Counted from the stretch's first letter, positions 49,274 through 59,707 are shown. The stretch: 64,000 nucleotides of DNA from an uncultured Bacilli bacterium (GCA_934101225.1 CAKOQK010000003.1:6186-70185); one strand, 5' to 3'. Notes: generated from the sequence alone by a model not told the origin. Numbers and translations are program-made.

Positions 49274-49857
49274 AACCCATTCCTTCTTTCCTTTTCTAAA
49301 CTAATTGCTAAAAGTGAATTAGCATCTTTTATATAATTATTATCTATTAATTTATCTAAATCTTCAAAACTACACTTAATAACCTTAACAAATTCACCAT
49401 CATCTAAACTTTGATTACTAAATAATTTACAACCTTTAAAAACAAATATATGATTTAAAGCACCACTTATTCCTTGATCTTGATAAAAAGCCTTAATGTA
49501 ATGAGTCTCACTAGGAACATAGCCAGTCTCCTCTAAAAACTCCCTTTTAGCAGCATCTAATATTGATTCATTATCATTAACATATCCAGCTGGTAAATTA
49601 GCAAGAACGCCTTCCTTAGTAAACACTCTAGGTTCTAAGGATAAAAGCACATCCCCAAACTCAGTATAACCTAAAATTATAACAGCATCCCTTCTTTTAC
49701 CTAATTTAAGTAATTCTTCTCTAATAATTTGTTCTCCGTTATTTAAAGTAACCAAATAACTAATAGAACTTAAAAACTTCTTATCACTATTTATTATTTC
49801 CATCTTTAAAGTTTTTAACTCTTCAATTTGTTTATCTATTAATTCCAAATTGATCAT
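49255..49857 (-). CDS. Nudix hydrolase (ADP-ribose pyrophosphatase-like)
   Basis: 200 aa with an intact Nudix box (AAKREFLEETGYV). Confidence 0.65.
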   Translation of the reverse strand: MINLELIDKQIEELKTLKMEIINSDKKFLSSISYLVTLNNGEQIIREELLKLGKRRDAVIILGYTEFGDVLLSLEPRVFTKEGVLANLPAGYVNDNESILDAAKREFLEETGYVPSETHYIKAFYQDQGISGALNHIFVFKGCKLFSNQSLDDGEFVKVIKCSFEDLDKLIDNNYIKDANSLLAISLEKERRNGLCLIKK

Positions 49858-51311
49858 AATCTCTTAACCTTACCAATCATTTCTTTTTTAAACTTGGCAT
49901 ATTCACTAGTTCCTGATACATGATATGTTTGCGGATTCATCTCTCTTTTAACTTCCGGATAAATAGTACTCATTTGCATATCAACATACTCTTTTAATTC
50001 ATTAATACTTAAATCTTCAAATACAAGTTTTCCATCAATAAATATTTCTTTTTGCAAACGTTCAACTCTAAAATTATTTAAAGTCTTTTGATTAATAAAA
50101 TCTTTTAAATCAATAATTAATAGATTATCCCTAGAAAGTTTTTCTCCTCTTCTAACCATTACATCTGCTAAAGCATAACCAGTCTCATTATCATACAATC
50201 TATATAAATCTTTAAAATCAGGATTAATTGTTTTTATAGGATCCTCACTAACTTTAATTTTAGGTATTCTCTTATCACCATCTAAAATAGCAACTTCTTT
50301 ATAAACACATCCCATTCTTCCTTCTGGTTTAGAAATATTATCTCCAACTCCTAAAGAATCAAACTTAGCGCCTTGTTCAGTTAAAGATCTAATCGTATTT
50401 GCATTAAGTCCATTACTTAAACAAATTGTTGCATCATTAAGTCCTGCATCATCTAACATTTTTCTAGCCTTTTTAGATAAATAAGCTAAATCTCCTGAAT
50501 CAATTCTAATTCCTTTTAAACGATATCCATTAGGAATTAAATATTCTTTAGCAACTCTTATCGCATTAGGAATACCACTTCTTAAAGTATCATAAGTATC
50601 AACAAGCAATAATGTTTCATTTGGATAACTCTTAGCATATGCTAAAAATGCTTCATATTCACTATCAAAAGATTCAATATAACTATGTGCTTGAGTACCA
50701 AGTGCTTTTTGTCCAATCATACTTGCTGCAATAACATTACTTGTTCCCGAACAACCAGCCATAACACCATACAAAGAAGCATCAATTGCAGCATCAAGTC
50801 CATCTGCTCTTCTAGCACCAAACTCCATAACCTTAACATTTTTAGGAGTTGCTTCAATAATTCTTCTAGCCCCAGTTGCATGTTCCATTGCTCCATTAAG
50901 AAGTGATAACACAGCAGTTTCAATAATTTGTGCTTCAATTAAAGGAGCCTCAACTGTTAAAATAGGTTCATTTGGAAATACTGGAGTTCCATCAGGTATC
51001 GCATAAATATTTCCCGTAAACTTAAAATCTTTTAAATAATTAATAAATTCTTCGCCATAACCTAAACTTTTAAAATATTCTAAATCATTATCACTAAACT
51101 TTAAATTATTAATATATTCAATAACTTTATCAACACCAGCCATTAAAGCATAACCACCATTACTTGGTACTTTTCTAAAAAATACATCAAAAACCCCAAC
51201 TGTATCTTTCATACCACTTTCAAAATATGAATTAGCCATATTAAGTTCATATTGATCAGTTAACATACTATAATTTTTATTTAATCTTACATATCCATCT
51301 TCTAATTTCAT
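49854..51311 (-). CDS. pncB: nicotinate phosphoribosyltransferase
   Basis: 485 aa, NAPRTase family (MLTDQYELNMANSYF...). Confidence 0.85.
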   Translation of the reverse strand: MKLEDGYVRLNKNYSMLTDQYELNMANSYFESGMKDTVGVFDVFFRKVPSNGGYALMAGVDKVIEYINNLKFSDNDLEYFKSLGYGEEFINYLKDFKFTGNIYAIPDGTPVFPNEPILTVEAPLIEAQIIETAVLSLLNGAMEHATGARRIIEATPKNVKVMEFGARRADGLDAAIDASLYGVMAGCSGTSNVIAASMIGQKALGTQAHSYIESFDSEYEAFLAYAKSYPNETLLLVDTYDTLRSGIPNAIRVAKEYLIPNGYRLKGIRIDSGDLAYLSKKARKMLDDAGLNDATICLSNGLNANTIRSLTEQGAKFDSLGVGDNISKPEGRMGCVYKEVAILDGDKRIPKIKVSEDPIKTINPDFKDLYRLYDNETGYALADVMVRRGEKLSRDNLLIIDLKDFINQKTLNNFRVERLQKEIFIDGKLVFEDLSINELKEYVDMQMSTIYPEVKREMNPQTYHVSGTSEYAKFKKEMIGKVKRL

Positions 51312-51313
51312 AA

Positions 51314-51952
51314 TTATCTCATTCCTTTTCTTAATTCTTTTATTTTTAAATCTTCATAATTATTAACATAAATTGCACCTGCTTGTTCCATAACTTTTCT
51401 AGCTATATCTTTCCACATTTGTCTATTATGATATGGACTATCAAAAGTATCTACACAACTACCAACAACATATATATCAACATCTCTATTAATTTCATCC
51501 ATAAATCTAGCATAAGTTCTAACAAAATCCATAACACATAAATCTTCACAAACTCCCATAATGACAGTTTCTTTTAAATTCTTCATATTTTTAATATCTT
51601 GTCTTAACTTATCATTAAGCATCCCATTTATTGAATTCTTATGGTAAACTCTTGTATTAACATAATCCATATACTTTAAAAATTCAGGTATAAAATTAGC
51701 TTCTAAAGTATCCTTAATACAATGAGGAGGATAACTCATAAACTCCTTGCAATCTTTATCATGCCACTCTCCGATAAAATTAATACTTTCCCCACTTTTA
51801 ACAAAGTCATCAATTACTCTTACTTGTTCAGGTACTAATTCATTATATGAAGGATTAGCCATCGCACCTGTATTAACAAACCCTTCTACCATATCAATAA
51901 GATATACACTTTTTTCAAATTCATTTAATTCTTTTTCTTTCATATTTACCAT
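51314..51952 (-). CDS. pncA: isochorismatase-family cysteine hydrolase, probable nicotinamidase
   Basis: About 209-212 aa. Catalytic Cys context VIMGVCEDLCV. First gene of the salvage operon. The true start is probably ATG 51943 (MKEK...), which has a better SD. Confidence 0.55.
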   Translation of the reverse strand: MVNMKEKELNEFEKSVYLIDMVEGFVNTGAMANPSYNELVPEQVRVIDDFVKSGESINFIGEWHDKDCKEFMSYPPHCIKDTLEANFIPEFLKYMDYVNTRVYHKNSINGMLNDKLRQDIKNMKNLKETVIMGVCEDLCVMDFVRTYARFMDEINRDVDIYVVGSCVDTFDSPYHNRQMWKDIARKVMEQAGAIYVNNYEDLKIKELRKGMR

Positions 51953-52283
51953 CCTTTCTTTTTGTTATTAATATTTTATTAATATCAAACTTTAAAATTT
52001 ATCAAGAGTATTCTTCCTCTTGTTATTAACATTATATTAATAACATAAACAAAAGTCAATACTCTTTTTAACATTTTAATAAAAACAAATAAAAAAGCTA
52101 ACAAACGTTAACTTTAAATTATTATTTTAATTTATAAGGATTAGATTTAGAACCATTACCACTAATAATATTTATATTTGATTTGAGGTAAATTGAAGGA
52201 TATACAAAATTAGAATATGTAACACAATGAGCATCACTACTGTTCCTATCATTACATATACTTTTATTTGTTCTTCTTTTTAT

Positions 52284-53276
52284 TTACAAATCAATATCCA
52301 TATATTCTTTATATTTAGGAATTAACCCAATATGTTCTTTAGATAAGCTTGGTTTAGGTTGAAATACCCCGGGGAAAGAATTTCCTTCAATTATTACCGG
52401 TCCATCATTCGTAATTGCAACATCCCACCCAATATATTTAATAGTAGGTACTAACTTAGCTGCTTCTATAACCATATCACAAGCATCCTTATATAAAGGC
52501 ACTTTAAATCCAATAATCTTCTTATATGTAATTGGATGTTCTTCATAAATGTTATCCGCTTGATCAATAGCTGGAACAATCACAATTCCTCTATCATTAA
52601 CAAAAGTGTACATAGATCCACTCGAAAAATTATCTGTACATCCACCATTACCTATTTTAAAAACACTATTTAAAACATAAGCATCATTTCCATCATAAAA
52701 AGTAAATAATCTCAAAGTATTAACAGAACCATCATATAATTTATTTATTTCATCATGTTGTTTAATTACTTCTTCAACTAAATTTTGTTTTAATCCTGTA
52801 ATTACCTTATAAAGTTCCTGAACATTATTGTCTACTTCATATTTCATAACTCCTTTACCACCTTCACCATCAATTGGTTTAGCAATAAATTCCTTATGTT
52901 TATCCGTAAACTCTTTAAAATCATCAAAATTATCAACTTTTAAATAATCTCTTTTAATATAATCTTTAAATTTATCATTAAATAATACCTTATCATCTAA
53001 CAAATTAAAATCATCTTTATTATTATATTTTCTAATAATCATATTATTTTTAGTTCTAGTTAAATAAGTTTTTCTTTCATCTTTATTAAGTAAATAAAAT
53101 TCAAACTCCTGATAATCATAATACCCAGCACCATATTTAAAACCACAATAAATCATATCTATTAATATAAATAAAGTTAATTTATGTTCTTTTTTAGCTA
53201 TCCTTTTAGCTATTTTAATCATATTCTTATAATCTAAAGTTCTTATACATTTAAATATATATTTTAATTTATTCAT
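52284..53276 (-). CDS. ATP-grasp fold protein (sugar-transfer-associated ATP-grasp-like)
   Basis: 330 aa with AKPIDGEGGKGV and a C-terminal ATP-grasp core. Confidence 0.55.
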   Translation of the reverse strand: MNKLKYIFKCIRTLDYKNMIKIAKRIAKKEHKLTLFILIDMIYCGFKYGAGYYDYQEFEFYLLNKDERKTYLTRTKNNMIIRKYNNKDDFNLLDDKVLFNDKFKDYIKRDYLKVDNFDDFKEFTDKHKEFIAKPIDGEGGKGVMKYEVDNNVQELYKVITGLKQNLVEEVIKQHDEINKLYDGSVNTLRLFTFYDGNDAYVLNSVFKIGNGGCTDNFSSGSMYTFVNDRGIVIVPAIDQADNIYEEHPITYKKIIGFKVPLYKDACDMVIEAAKLVPTIKYIGWDVAITNDGPVIIEGNSFPGVFQPKPSLSKEHIGLIPKYKEYMDIDL

Positions 53277-53309
53277 CTATTCATCACTACTTAATCTTAT
53301 CATATTGCT

Positions 53310-53648
53310 TTAACTAAATAAAGTTTTAATTATTTTAAGAAAGAAATCAATACTTTTATTAACTCCCTTATCAATCGCATTAGATATACCAAGTCCTAAA
53401 GAAGAATATTTATTATTATATTCCTTAACACTTGTATCAATATAATTATTTATATCAACTTCTTTACCTTCAGCCACATCTTTTTCAAATCTTTCTATTG
53501 CTTCTTTTGTTAAATTAGTTTTACTTTGTAATCTTGATTCATAATAACCAGTTTGATTAGCAAAATATAAAGTTATAAATAATATAACTAACAAATAAAA
53601 TATTCTTTTAGCGTTCTTATTAATCTTACTTTTAGGTTTATCATCCAT
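53310..53648 (-). CDS. small membrane-anchored hypothetical protein (112 aa)
   Basis: N-terminal TM. Contiguous with the SpoIIP-like gene. Confidence 0.4.
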   Translation of the reverse strand: MDDKPKSKINKNAKRIFYLLVILFITLYFANQTGYYESRLQSKTNLTKEAIERFEKDVAEGKEVDINNYIDTSVKEYNNKYSSLGLGISNAIDKGVNKSIDFFLKIIKTLFS

Positions 53649-54572
53649 TTAATTTTCACTTCCTATCACATTACCAATAATCTCCGCTAAGGCTAGCACT
53701 GAATTATATACCTCATTAAAATTATTATTATTGCCTCCTACTTCTATTAAAAAGACATTACCACTAAAATCTTGATTAAAAGTATTCTTTTTAGCATAAA
53801 GTATATCTCTTGAAAGCCCCGGATATTTTTCTTTAGTATATTCATTTAATTTAACCATTAATGCTTCATTTTTTTCATACCCATCATAATTCATACCTAA
53901 CACATACATAATTCTTGCATAACTTTTATTATTAATGTTGGTTGTTATTGAAACACTATCTCTATGTAAATCAAGATAATATTTAATACTAGGATATTTT
54001 TCTTTAGTTCTCTCAAGCCACAACCTACTTGCACTATAAGAATCTTTATAACTCCAACCATGTTCATTTAAAACCGTTTTTATATTTTCATCTTCAACAA
54101 CAGAATATACATTATATTTTTCAAGTTCTTGCTTTAAAATATTCCCCGCCATATATACAGTTGGAGTTATATTATAATTAGCTAAACTACTACTAACATA
54201 TTCTTCAGTCTGATGAGTATTATAAATATATAGTATTGGTTCTTTTTTACTATCATTTACTTTATCATTATTATCTTTATTATCTCCATTATCACTATAA
54301 ACCTTTTTAATATCCTCAGCCATTTCTATGCCTGAAAATGTACTTTTTAAAATAGTTTCAGGTCCCGATAAATTAAAATTAATTATATCTAAAAAAGATA
54401 AATCATTACTATAATTTAAAGAATCACTTATTAAATTATTAGCAATATCAATACTAGGACATCCTTTAAATATTTTTATTGACAACATAGTAGATACTAA
54501 AATTATCATTAATAAAGTCATTACTCTAATCCTATTATAATTAGCTCTTTTTCTAGCTATAAATCTTTTCAT
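53649..54572 (-). CDS. SpoIIP (stage II sporulation protein P) family amidase-like protein
   Basis: 307 aa, N-terminal TM, with LYIYNTHQTEEY and DLHRDS motifs resembling SpoIIP signatures. Confidence 0.5.
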   Translation of the reverse strand: MKRFIARKRANYNRIRVMTLLMIILVSTMLSIKIFKGCPSIDIANNLISDSLNYSNDLSFLDIINFNLSGPETILKSTFSGIEMAEDIKKVYSDNGDNKDNNDKVNDSKKEPILYIYNTHQTEEYVSSSLANYNITPTVYMAGNILKQELEKYNVYSVVEDENIKTVLNEHGWSYKDSYSASRLWLERTKEKYPSIKYYLDLHRDSVSITTNINNKSYARIMYVLGMNYDGYEKNEALMVKLNEYTKEKYPGLSRDILYAKKNTFNQDFSGNVFLIEVGGNNNNFNEVYNSVLALAEIIGNVIGSEN

Positions 54573-54651
54573 ATATTATCTATCACCATCAATAATATAT
54601 ATTATATTTATTAAAATAAATGTAGAATAAAAGAAAAAAGAAAATAATTTC

Positions 54652-54993
54652 TCAATTTTCTTCTAAATCTAAATTTATAACTAAATTATTTTCTATACTA
54701 CAACTACCACCTTTATTTATAAATATATTATTAATTACATTTTCTAAAGATTCTTCACTTTTATTTTGCATCTCAATTAAAAGACTATTATTAGGCTTAA
54801 TTTTATATAAATTATCTTTTTCTTCATAAATTATTTCATAACTATATAATTTATTATTTAAATTACAATTAAGAGTTAATAAAGTATTATTATTTTCTTC
54901 AACTATACTTGTTCTATAACCAACTGCTATTAACATAAGTATTAATGGTATACTTACAATAAATATTTTTACTTTTTTCATATTCATCACCAA
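54652..54993 (-). CDS. small TM-anchored hypothetical protein (113 aa)
   Basis: N-terminal TM. Confidence 0.35.
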   Translation of the reverse strand: MVMNMKKVKIFIVSIPLILMLIAVGYRTSIVEENNNTLLTLNCNLNNKLYSYEIIYEEKDNLYKIKPNNSLLIEMQNKSEESLENVINNIFINKGGSCSIENNLVINLDLEEN

Positions 54994-55055
54994 TTTGTAA
55001 AACCTACTATAGCAACAATATTTTTTTATATCAAGAAAAAAATAGAGTTTTTTCT

Positions 55056-55478
55056 CTATTTTTTATTATTATTTTTTAATTTAACTTCTAAAATAGCATC
55101 AACTTTATTTACAACATCTACTGATGTTGTATCAGCAAATATCGTAAAGTTATCTGTTCTTGTTGAAACTTTAACACTTACCTTAGGAGGTGCCTCATAT
55201 ATATCATAAAATTTTAAATTATAAGTTTTATTAATATTAACTGTTTCGGCAAATCTTCTTGCAAAATCTTCAACAAATTTTTCTTTAACAATTCTTATTT
55301 CTCCATATTTACGATAATGGGCCCAATCTATTGCATCTGCCATAGCTGCTTCAGTTACTTCTTTAATTAGGATATAATCTTGTTCATTTGTAGTTGTATA
55401 ATTATTAAATAACATCATAATTGTTATAACAAAAATACCTAATATTATAAGCCAATATCCCCATAAACTTTCTTTCAC
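55056..55478 (-). CDS. small TM-anchored hypothetical protein (140 aa)
   Basis: N-terminal TM. 12 nt after the large Cys-rich gene. Confidence 0.4.
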   Translation of the reverse strand: MKESLWGYWLIILGIFVITIMMLFNNYTTTNEQDYILIKEVTEAAMADAIDWAHYRKYGEIRIVKEKFVEDFARRFAETVNINKTYNLKFYDIYEAPPKVSVKVSTRTDNFTIFADTTSVDVVNKVDAILEVKLKNNNKK

Positions 55479-55490
55479 TTATATTACCTC

Positions 55491-58400
55491 CTATGGCCAG
55501 TTTTTATATTGTTCTAAGAACTTTTGTGGATATAATGGATCTGGATATATTCCATCTTTATTTTCAACTATATTTCCACTACTATCAACCATTACATAAT
55601 CTAATCCCTTAATACAGCTTGAAATACTTCCCGTACAGAATTTTCCATTTACATAGTATTTCCACTTATTATCTCTACCAGATTTATCGCTAAAATATGA
55701 CTCGACAAATGTACTTTTACATTCTTTCATATCACTATTACAATAAAAGCAATATTCAATATCTGAGTCTTTTCCTGTTTGCTTTGTTCCAGTACCACAC
55801 ATATTCATTGTTGAATATTTAAAATATTTTTTAGCTGTATTTCTCTTAATTGTTTGCAGATCCTTTGTTGTTAAAGTAACTTCATATTCTAAATATTTTC
55901 TAGATTCATCATCATATATATCAAATTTTCCACTACTAGAACTATCTGCTAAATATGTAGATAATTTACTATCATCTGCTTTAGTAGTTTTATCTGCATC
56001 AGAAGTTAACGCTATATAATTGTTATTATCATTATTATTTAAACTTGCAAGTCCGCTTCCTTGTTCTATTAAAGCTTCTGCTGCTTGGCCTTTAGCATCA
56101 GTCCAGTTTGTTTCATAATTTCTTTCATTAGGCGTTACATCTGATAATGCAATAGCACGATAATAAAATTGAGGTACAAAATCATAATTTTGTGTATCAT
56201 CACATTCATCACAATTACGTCTAAATGCCATTTCCATATTACAATAATTACATGTACTAGATAATCCATCAATTTCAGGATTTTTAGCTAAATATTTATT
56301 TATAGCTTCTGTAAACATTGTTTTAATTCCACCACTTGCAAATCCTAAATTAGAAAATGCAAATTTGGTAGTATACTGACCTTTGTATGAAGTTAATTCA
56401 ATATTATATACATATCCAACTTCCAAACCACTAATATTTTTCGTTGAGGCATTTGATTGATAATTGATAGTTTGATACTCACCAGTATTCATTAAAGCAA
56501 AAGTACTATTTGGTGGTCTATAAAATGTAAACTTACTAACTTGTTCTTTACTATCAGTTACTTTTACATTATCACCATATGGATCAGAAGCACCATTACT
56601 TGCTATTCCTTGTTGAGAATTATAAGATAAATTATTATAACCAAATTGCCTACAAGAATTTGTACCCCCGCTACAACCATCAATATGAGGAGTAGAACCA
56701 AGATGATAATCTTCAAAAGTTGGCTTAGTATTCTCATCACCAGGATCAATAACATATTTTCCATCTCTGCTCAATACTCCTGGTACATGTGCAGGTAAAC
56801 TTGTTTCACCAGAATCTCTAGCACTTTCAGCAGTTTCACTATTTAGTGGAAAATACATATTTTTTCCTAGATAATCTCCTGAGTCGAATCCTGAACTTGT
56901 ATTAGGCCAATATTTAACAGAATTTGTAGCTTCAATCATATTTATTGTATTTTCTTTTTTACCATATTTCTCACTATTTTGTTCATAAGAAAATGTTATT
57001 TCAGGAATATCATTACCATCATATTTGGCACTAAATCCATCAAGAGCATCATGACAATTTTCATATGTTTTTTGTAAACCTATTCTTTTGCCAACCCATC
57101 CTCCATATGCTTTTTCAGTTTCTGCAGCATTTCTTGCTGTTTCTTCATGAGTAGTTTTTGCTTCATTATAAGCACTTTCTGCTGCATTTATAATGCTGTC
57201 ACATCTAGCTTGATCGATTTCAGATTTCCAACTAGTGCAAGATCCTTTACCATCATAAGCAGTACATTCATCTTTTGTAAGATGACATGGATTATATGTA
57301 CTTTTTGCATCTTCATAAGCCTTTTTAGCATCAGCTAGTGCTTTTTGGGTACCAGGTAGTGCATTTACAAAACCTTGCCATGCAGTATACATATTTTGTT
57401 CAGTAGTAGCTGCACTTATATATTCTTTTTTCCATCTTTTAGCATGAAAGAAAAATGTTTTTTTAGTTCTATCAACAACATATGGTTGCCTAAAATACGA
57501 ATTTGGATTATTAATATCACCGCTCACATTATATGAATCAAATATGAAAAATTGTCCAGATATTGATGCTGCTGTACCAGGTGTAAATAAATCTATTTTT
57601 TCAGTTACAAAAGAAGCACAATATTCATTAACAATATTATCTAAATAACCACCATAACTTGAAAAATTTATTGGCTCCTCACTTTGATCTAATTCTAGCA
57701 TTATGTACTTCATAGATCTTCCTCTAATATATGAATGATTAAATGCTCTATAACTATCTTTATTTAATTCACCATCTTTAGAACATGAATCAGCACCACA
57801 ATCATTTTCTAAATGAACAATAGGACCACATTGCTTAATATATGCATCCTCTTCTTTACTATCTTCTTCAAGAGTAGTTGGATCAATACTATCACAATTA
57901 GCACATCCATTATTTAGCTTATCTTCATCACTCATATTAGGATCATCACATATGCTAGGAACATTTAAAGTAACTTTTACCTCTGAACTATTCTCAGTAG
58001 ATTTTCCAGTTGCTAATTCAACAAATCTTTGATAGTTTGGATTTGGTTGATAATTATTTACAGGACTACATGTACTTGAGCCACCTTCACATTTATAAAT
58101 TTTTATTTCAGTAATAAGTTTACTATTGTCAACAACACCATCAAACTTTAAATTTACATCAACAGTTGTTTTTTTGCTAATTGTTCCAGTAACGATTATA
58201 TCTAATGATGAAGAATTAGTTAAATCTGTATCACCAGCAGCAACGCATTTTATACCATTTCCACTACATCCTTTAAAAGTAACTTTTGCATCTGAATTTT
58301 CTTTTTCTATATCAATAGTTGCATTAATTGTATATTTTTTTCCACCTGTGGTAGCGTTTTGAGTATCAACAGTTGCTTTAATTTCACCAGCTCCAGAGTT

Positions 58401-58919
58401 ATCAGAAGGTCTATATTCATCTATATTAATATCATTACAATAACTTCCTTCATCTCCATCGTGAGCACATAATCCCACCTTAAGCATTTTGCCAACGGCA
58501 TTATTACCAGGTGAATAATTTTTTAATTTACCTATTATACTAAAACTTGTATTACTTATTACACCAGGAGAACCCACAACATATAAATCATCTGCTTTAA
58601 ACGGATAAATACGAAATGCTTCAGATTGATCACATTCACTAACATTATTTTTTTTAGCATAATTTGACATTGCAATTAGTCCATTAGTAAAAGCACTATC
58701 ACCAAAAGAATATGTAGTTGATTGGTTTACGTAATAAGGGCTTACTAAATCAGGATCCATACATGTTACTGATTTTCCATTAATAGTATAACTAAATTTT
58801 ATACCAGTTATACTACCAGAACAAGATTTTTTAGTAGAGCCAACAGGAATAGTCTCAGCTGAAACAACTAAGAATGGTATTAAAAATAAACTAGCAATAA
58901 CATATACAATTTTCTTCAT
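55491..58919 (-). CDS. large secreted Cys-rich protein (1142 aa), function unknown
   Basis: Signal peptide MKKIVYVIASLFLIPFLVVSA. More than 40 Cys, Asn/Ser/Thr/Gly-rich. No recognisable enzymatic motif. Confidence 0.55.
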   Translation of the reverse strand: MKKIVYVIASLFLIPFLVVSAETIPVGSTKKSCSGSITGIKFSYTINGKSVTCMDPDLVSPYYVNQSTTYSFGDSAFTNGLIAMSNYAKKNNVSECDQSEAFRIYPFKADDLYVVGSPGVISNTSFSIIGKLKNYSPGNNAVGKMLKVGLCAHDGDEGSYCNDINIDEYRPSDNSGAGEIKATVDTQNATTGGKKYTINATIDIEKENSDAKVTFKGCSGNGIKCVAAGDTDLTNSSSLDIIVTGTISKKTTVDVNLKFDGVVDNSKLITEIKIYKCEGGSSTCSPVNNYQPNPNYQRFVELATGKSTENSSEVKVTLNVPSICDDPNMSDEDKLNNGCANCDSIDPTTLEEDSKEEDAYIKQCGPIVHLENDCGADSCSKDGELNKDSYRAFNHSYIRGRSMKYIMLELDQSEEPINFSSYGGYLDNIVNEYCASFVTEKIDLFTPGTAASISGQFFIFDSYNVSGDINNPNSYFRQPYVVDRTKKTFFFHAKRWKKEYISAATTEQNMYTAWQGFVNALPGTQKALADAKKAYEDAKSTYNPCHLTKDECTAYDGKGSCTSWKSEIDQARCDSIINAAESAYNEAKTTHEETARNAAETEKAYGGWVGKRIGLQKTYENCHDALDGFSAKYDGNDIPEITFSYEQNSEKYGKKENTINMIEATNSVKYWPNTSSGFDSGDYLGKNMYFPLNSETAESARDSGETSLPAHVPGVLSRDGKYVIDPGDENTKPTFEDYHLGSTPHIDGCSGGTNSCRQFGYNNLSYNSQQGIASNGASDPYGDNVKVTDSKEQVSKFTFYRPPNSTFALMNTGEYQTINYQSNASTKNISGLEVGYVYNIELTSYKGQYTTKFAFSNLGFASGGIKTMFTEAINKYLAKNPEIDGLSSTCNYCNMEMAFRRNCDECDDTQNYDFVPQFYYRAIALSDVTPNERNYETNWTDAKGQAAEALIEQGSGLASLNNNDNNNYIALTSDADKTTKADDSKLSTYLADSSSSGKFDIYDDESRKYLEYEVTLTTKDLQTIKRNTAKKYFKYSTMNMCGTGTKQTGKDSDIEYCFYCNSDMKECKSTFVESYFSDKSGRDNKWKYYVNGKFCTGSISSCIKGLDYVMVDSSGNIVENKDGIYPDPLYPQKFLEQYKNWP

Positions 58920-59608
58920 TATATCTCACTTCTCTTCTTTTTAATAAATAACCATGTTGCAGTACCAATAATAATTAATACTCCACCACCTATCAAAATA
59001 TATATATAATATTTCTTAAAAAAACTTTCTTGAGGTTCTTCTATATCCGGAGTAACATTTCCCTTATTATAATTATCTATTTCTTCTTTTAATCCAATTC
59101 CCATACTTTTTACTAGTTTAGGATTAGTAATATATTTCTGACAATAACTAACATTAGAATTATCTTTACAAATTTGATAAACACTATTACTATTAAACAT
59201 AGGTTTTTTATAATTAATTGTTTTAATTAAATATCTATCACATGAAGTATTACTATAAACTTTAATTTTATAATTAATTATTTTATAGTAATCTATATCA
59301 TCAAATGTATATTTTCCAGAAGAATAATCTTTTTTATTAGCAAATGATATATTATCATTAACATCATTTGATATTTCTAATGAAAAATTATCAGTAAGAT
59401 TATATATAGATACCAATAAAGTTGTAACATCTGTAGTATAATCATACATTTCATCTTTTACATGAACACTTTCAGTTTTTTCTTCATAATCAACTTTAAT
59501 TTGATTAGCTTCTTTAAGTAAATCTGACTTAGTTTTACTATCACATTTATCAGCATAAACATTAAAAGAAGCAAATAGGCTAATTATAATAATTGCAATA
59601 TATTTCAC
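58919..59608 (-). CDS. secreted protein with C-terminal TM anchor (229 aa), coupled to the 1142-aa gene
   Basis: Signal peptide and a C-terminal hydrophobic helix followed by KKKRSEI. Its stop overlaps the start of the next gene. Confidence 0.5.
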   Translation of the reverse strand: MKYIAIIIISLFASFNVYADKCDSKTKSDLLKEANQIKVDYEEKTESVHVKDEMYDYTTDVTTLLVSIYNLTDNFSLEISNDVNDNISFANKKDYSSGKYTFDDIDYYKIINYKIKVYSNTSCDRYLIKTINYKKPMFNSNSVYQICKDNSNVSYCQKYITNPKLVKSMGIGLKEEIDNYNKGNVTPDIEEPQESFFKKYYIYILIGGGVLIIIGTATWLFIKKKRSEI

Positions 59609-59707
59609 TTTATCACTCTCTATCTCTTATCAAGTATATCATATAAAATAATCAATTATCAATAAACTCATATTTATTTTTTATTAAAAATAAGATAAAA
59701 TTAATTT

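Noticed and set aside
50685-50938. Two 73-aa ORFs (both strands) inside pncB
   Set aside because: Nested in a strongly supported conserved gene. The locally GC-richer segment keeps the alternative frames open.
51747-51971. 74-aa plus-strand ORF antisense to pncA
   Set aside because: Antisense frame.
57147-57338. 63-aa plus-strand ORF antisense to the 1142-aa gene
   Set aside because: Antisense frame.
58126-58362. 78-aa plus-strand ORF antisense to the 1142-aa gene
   Set aside because: Antisense frame.
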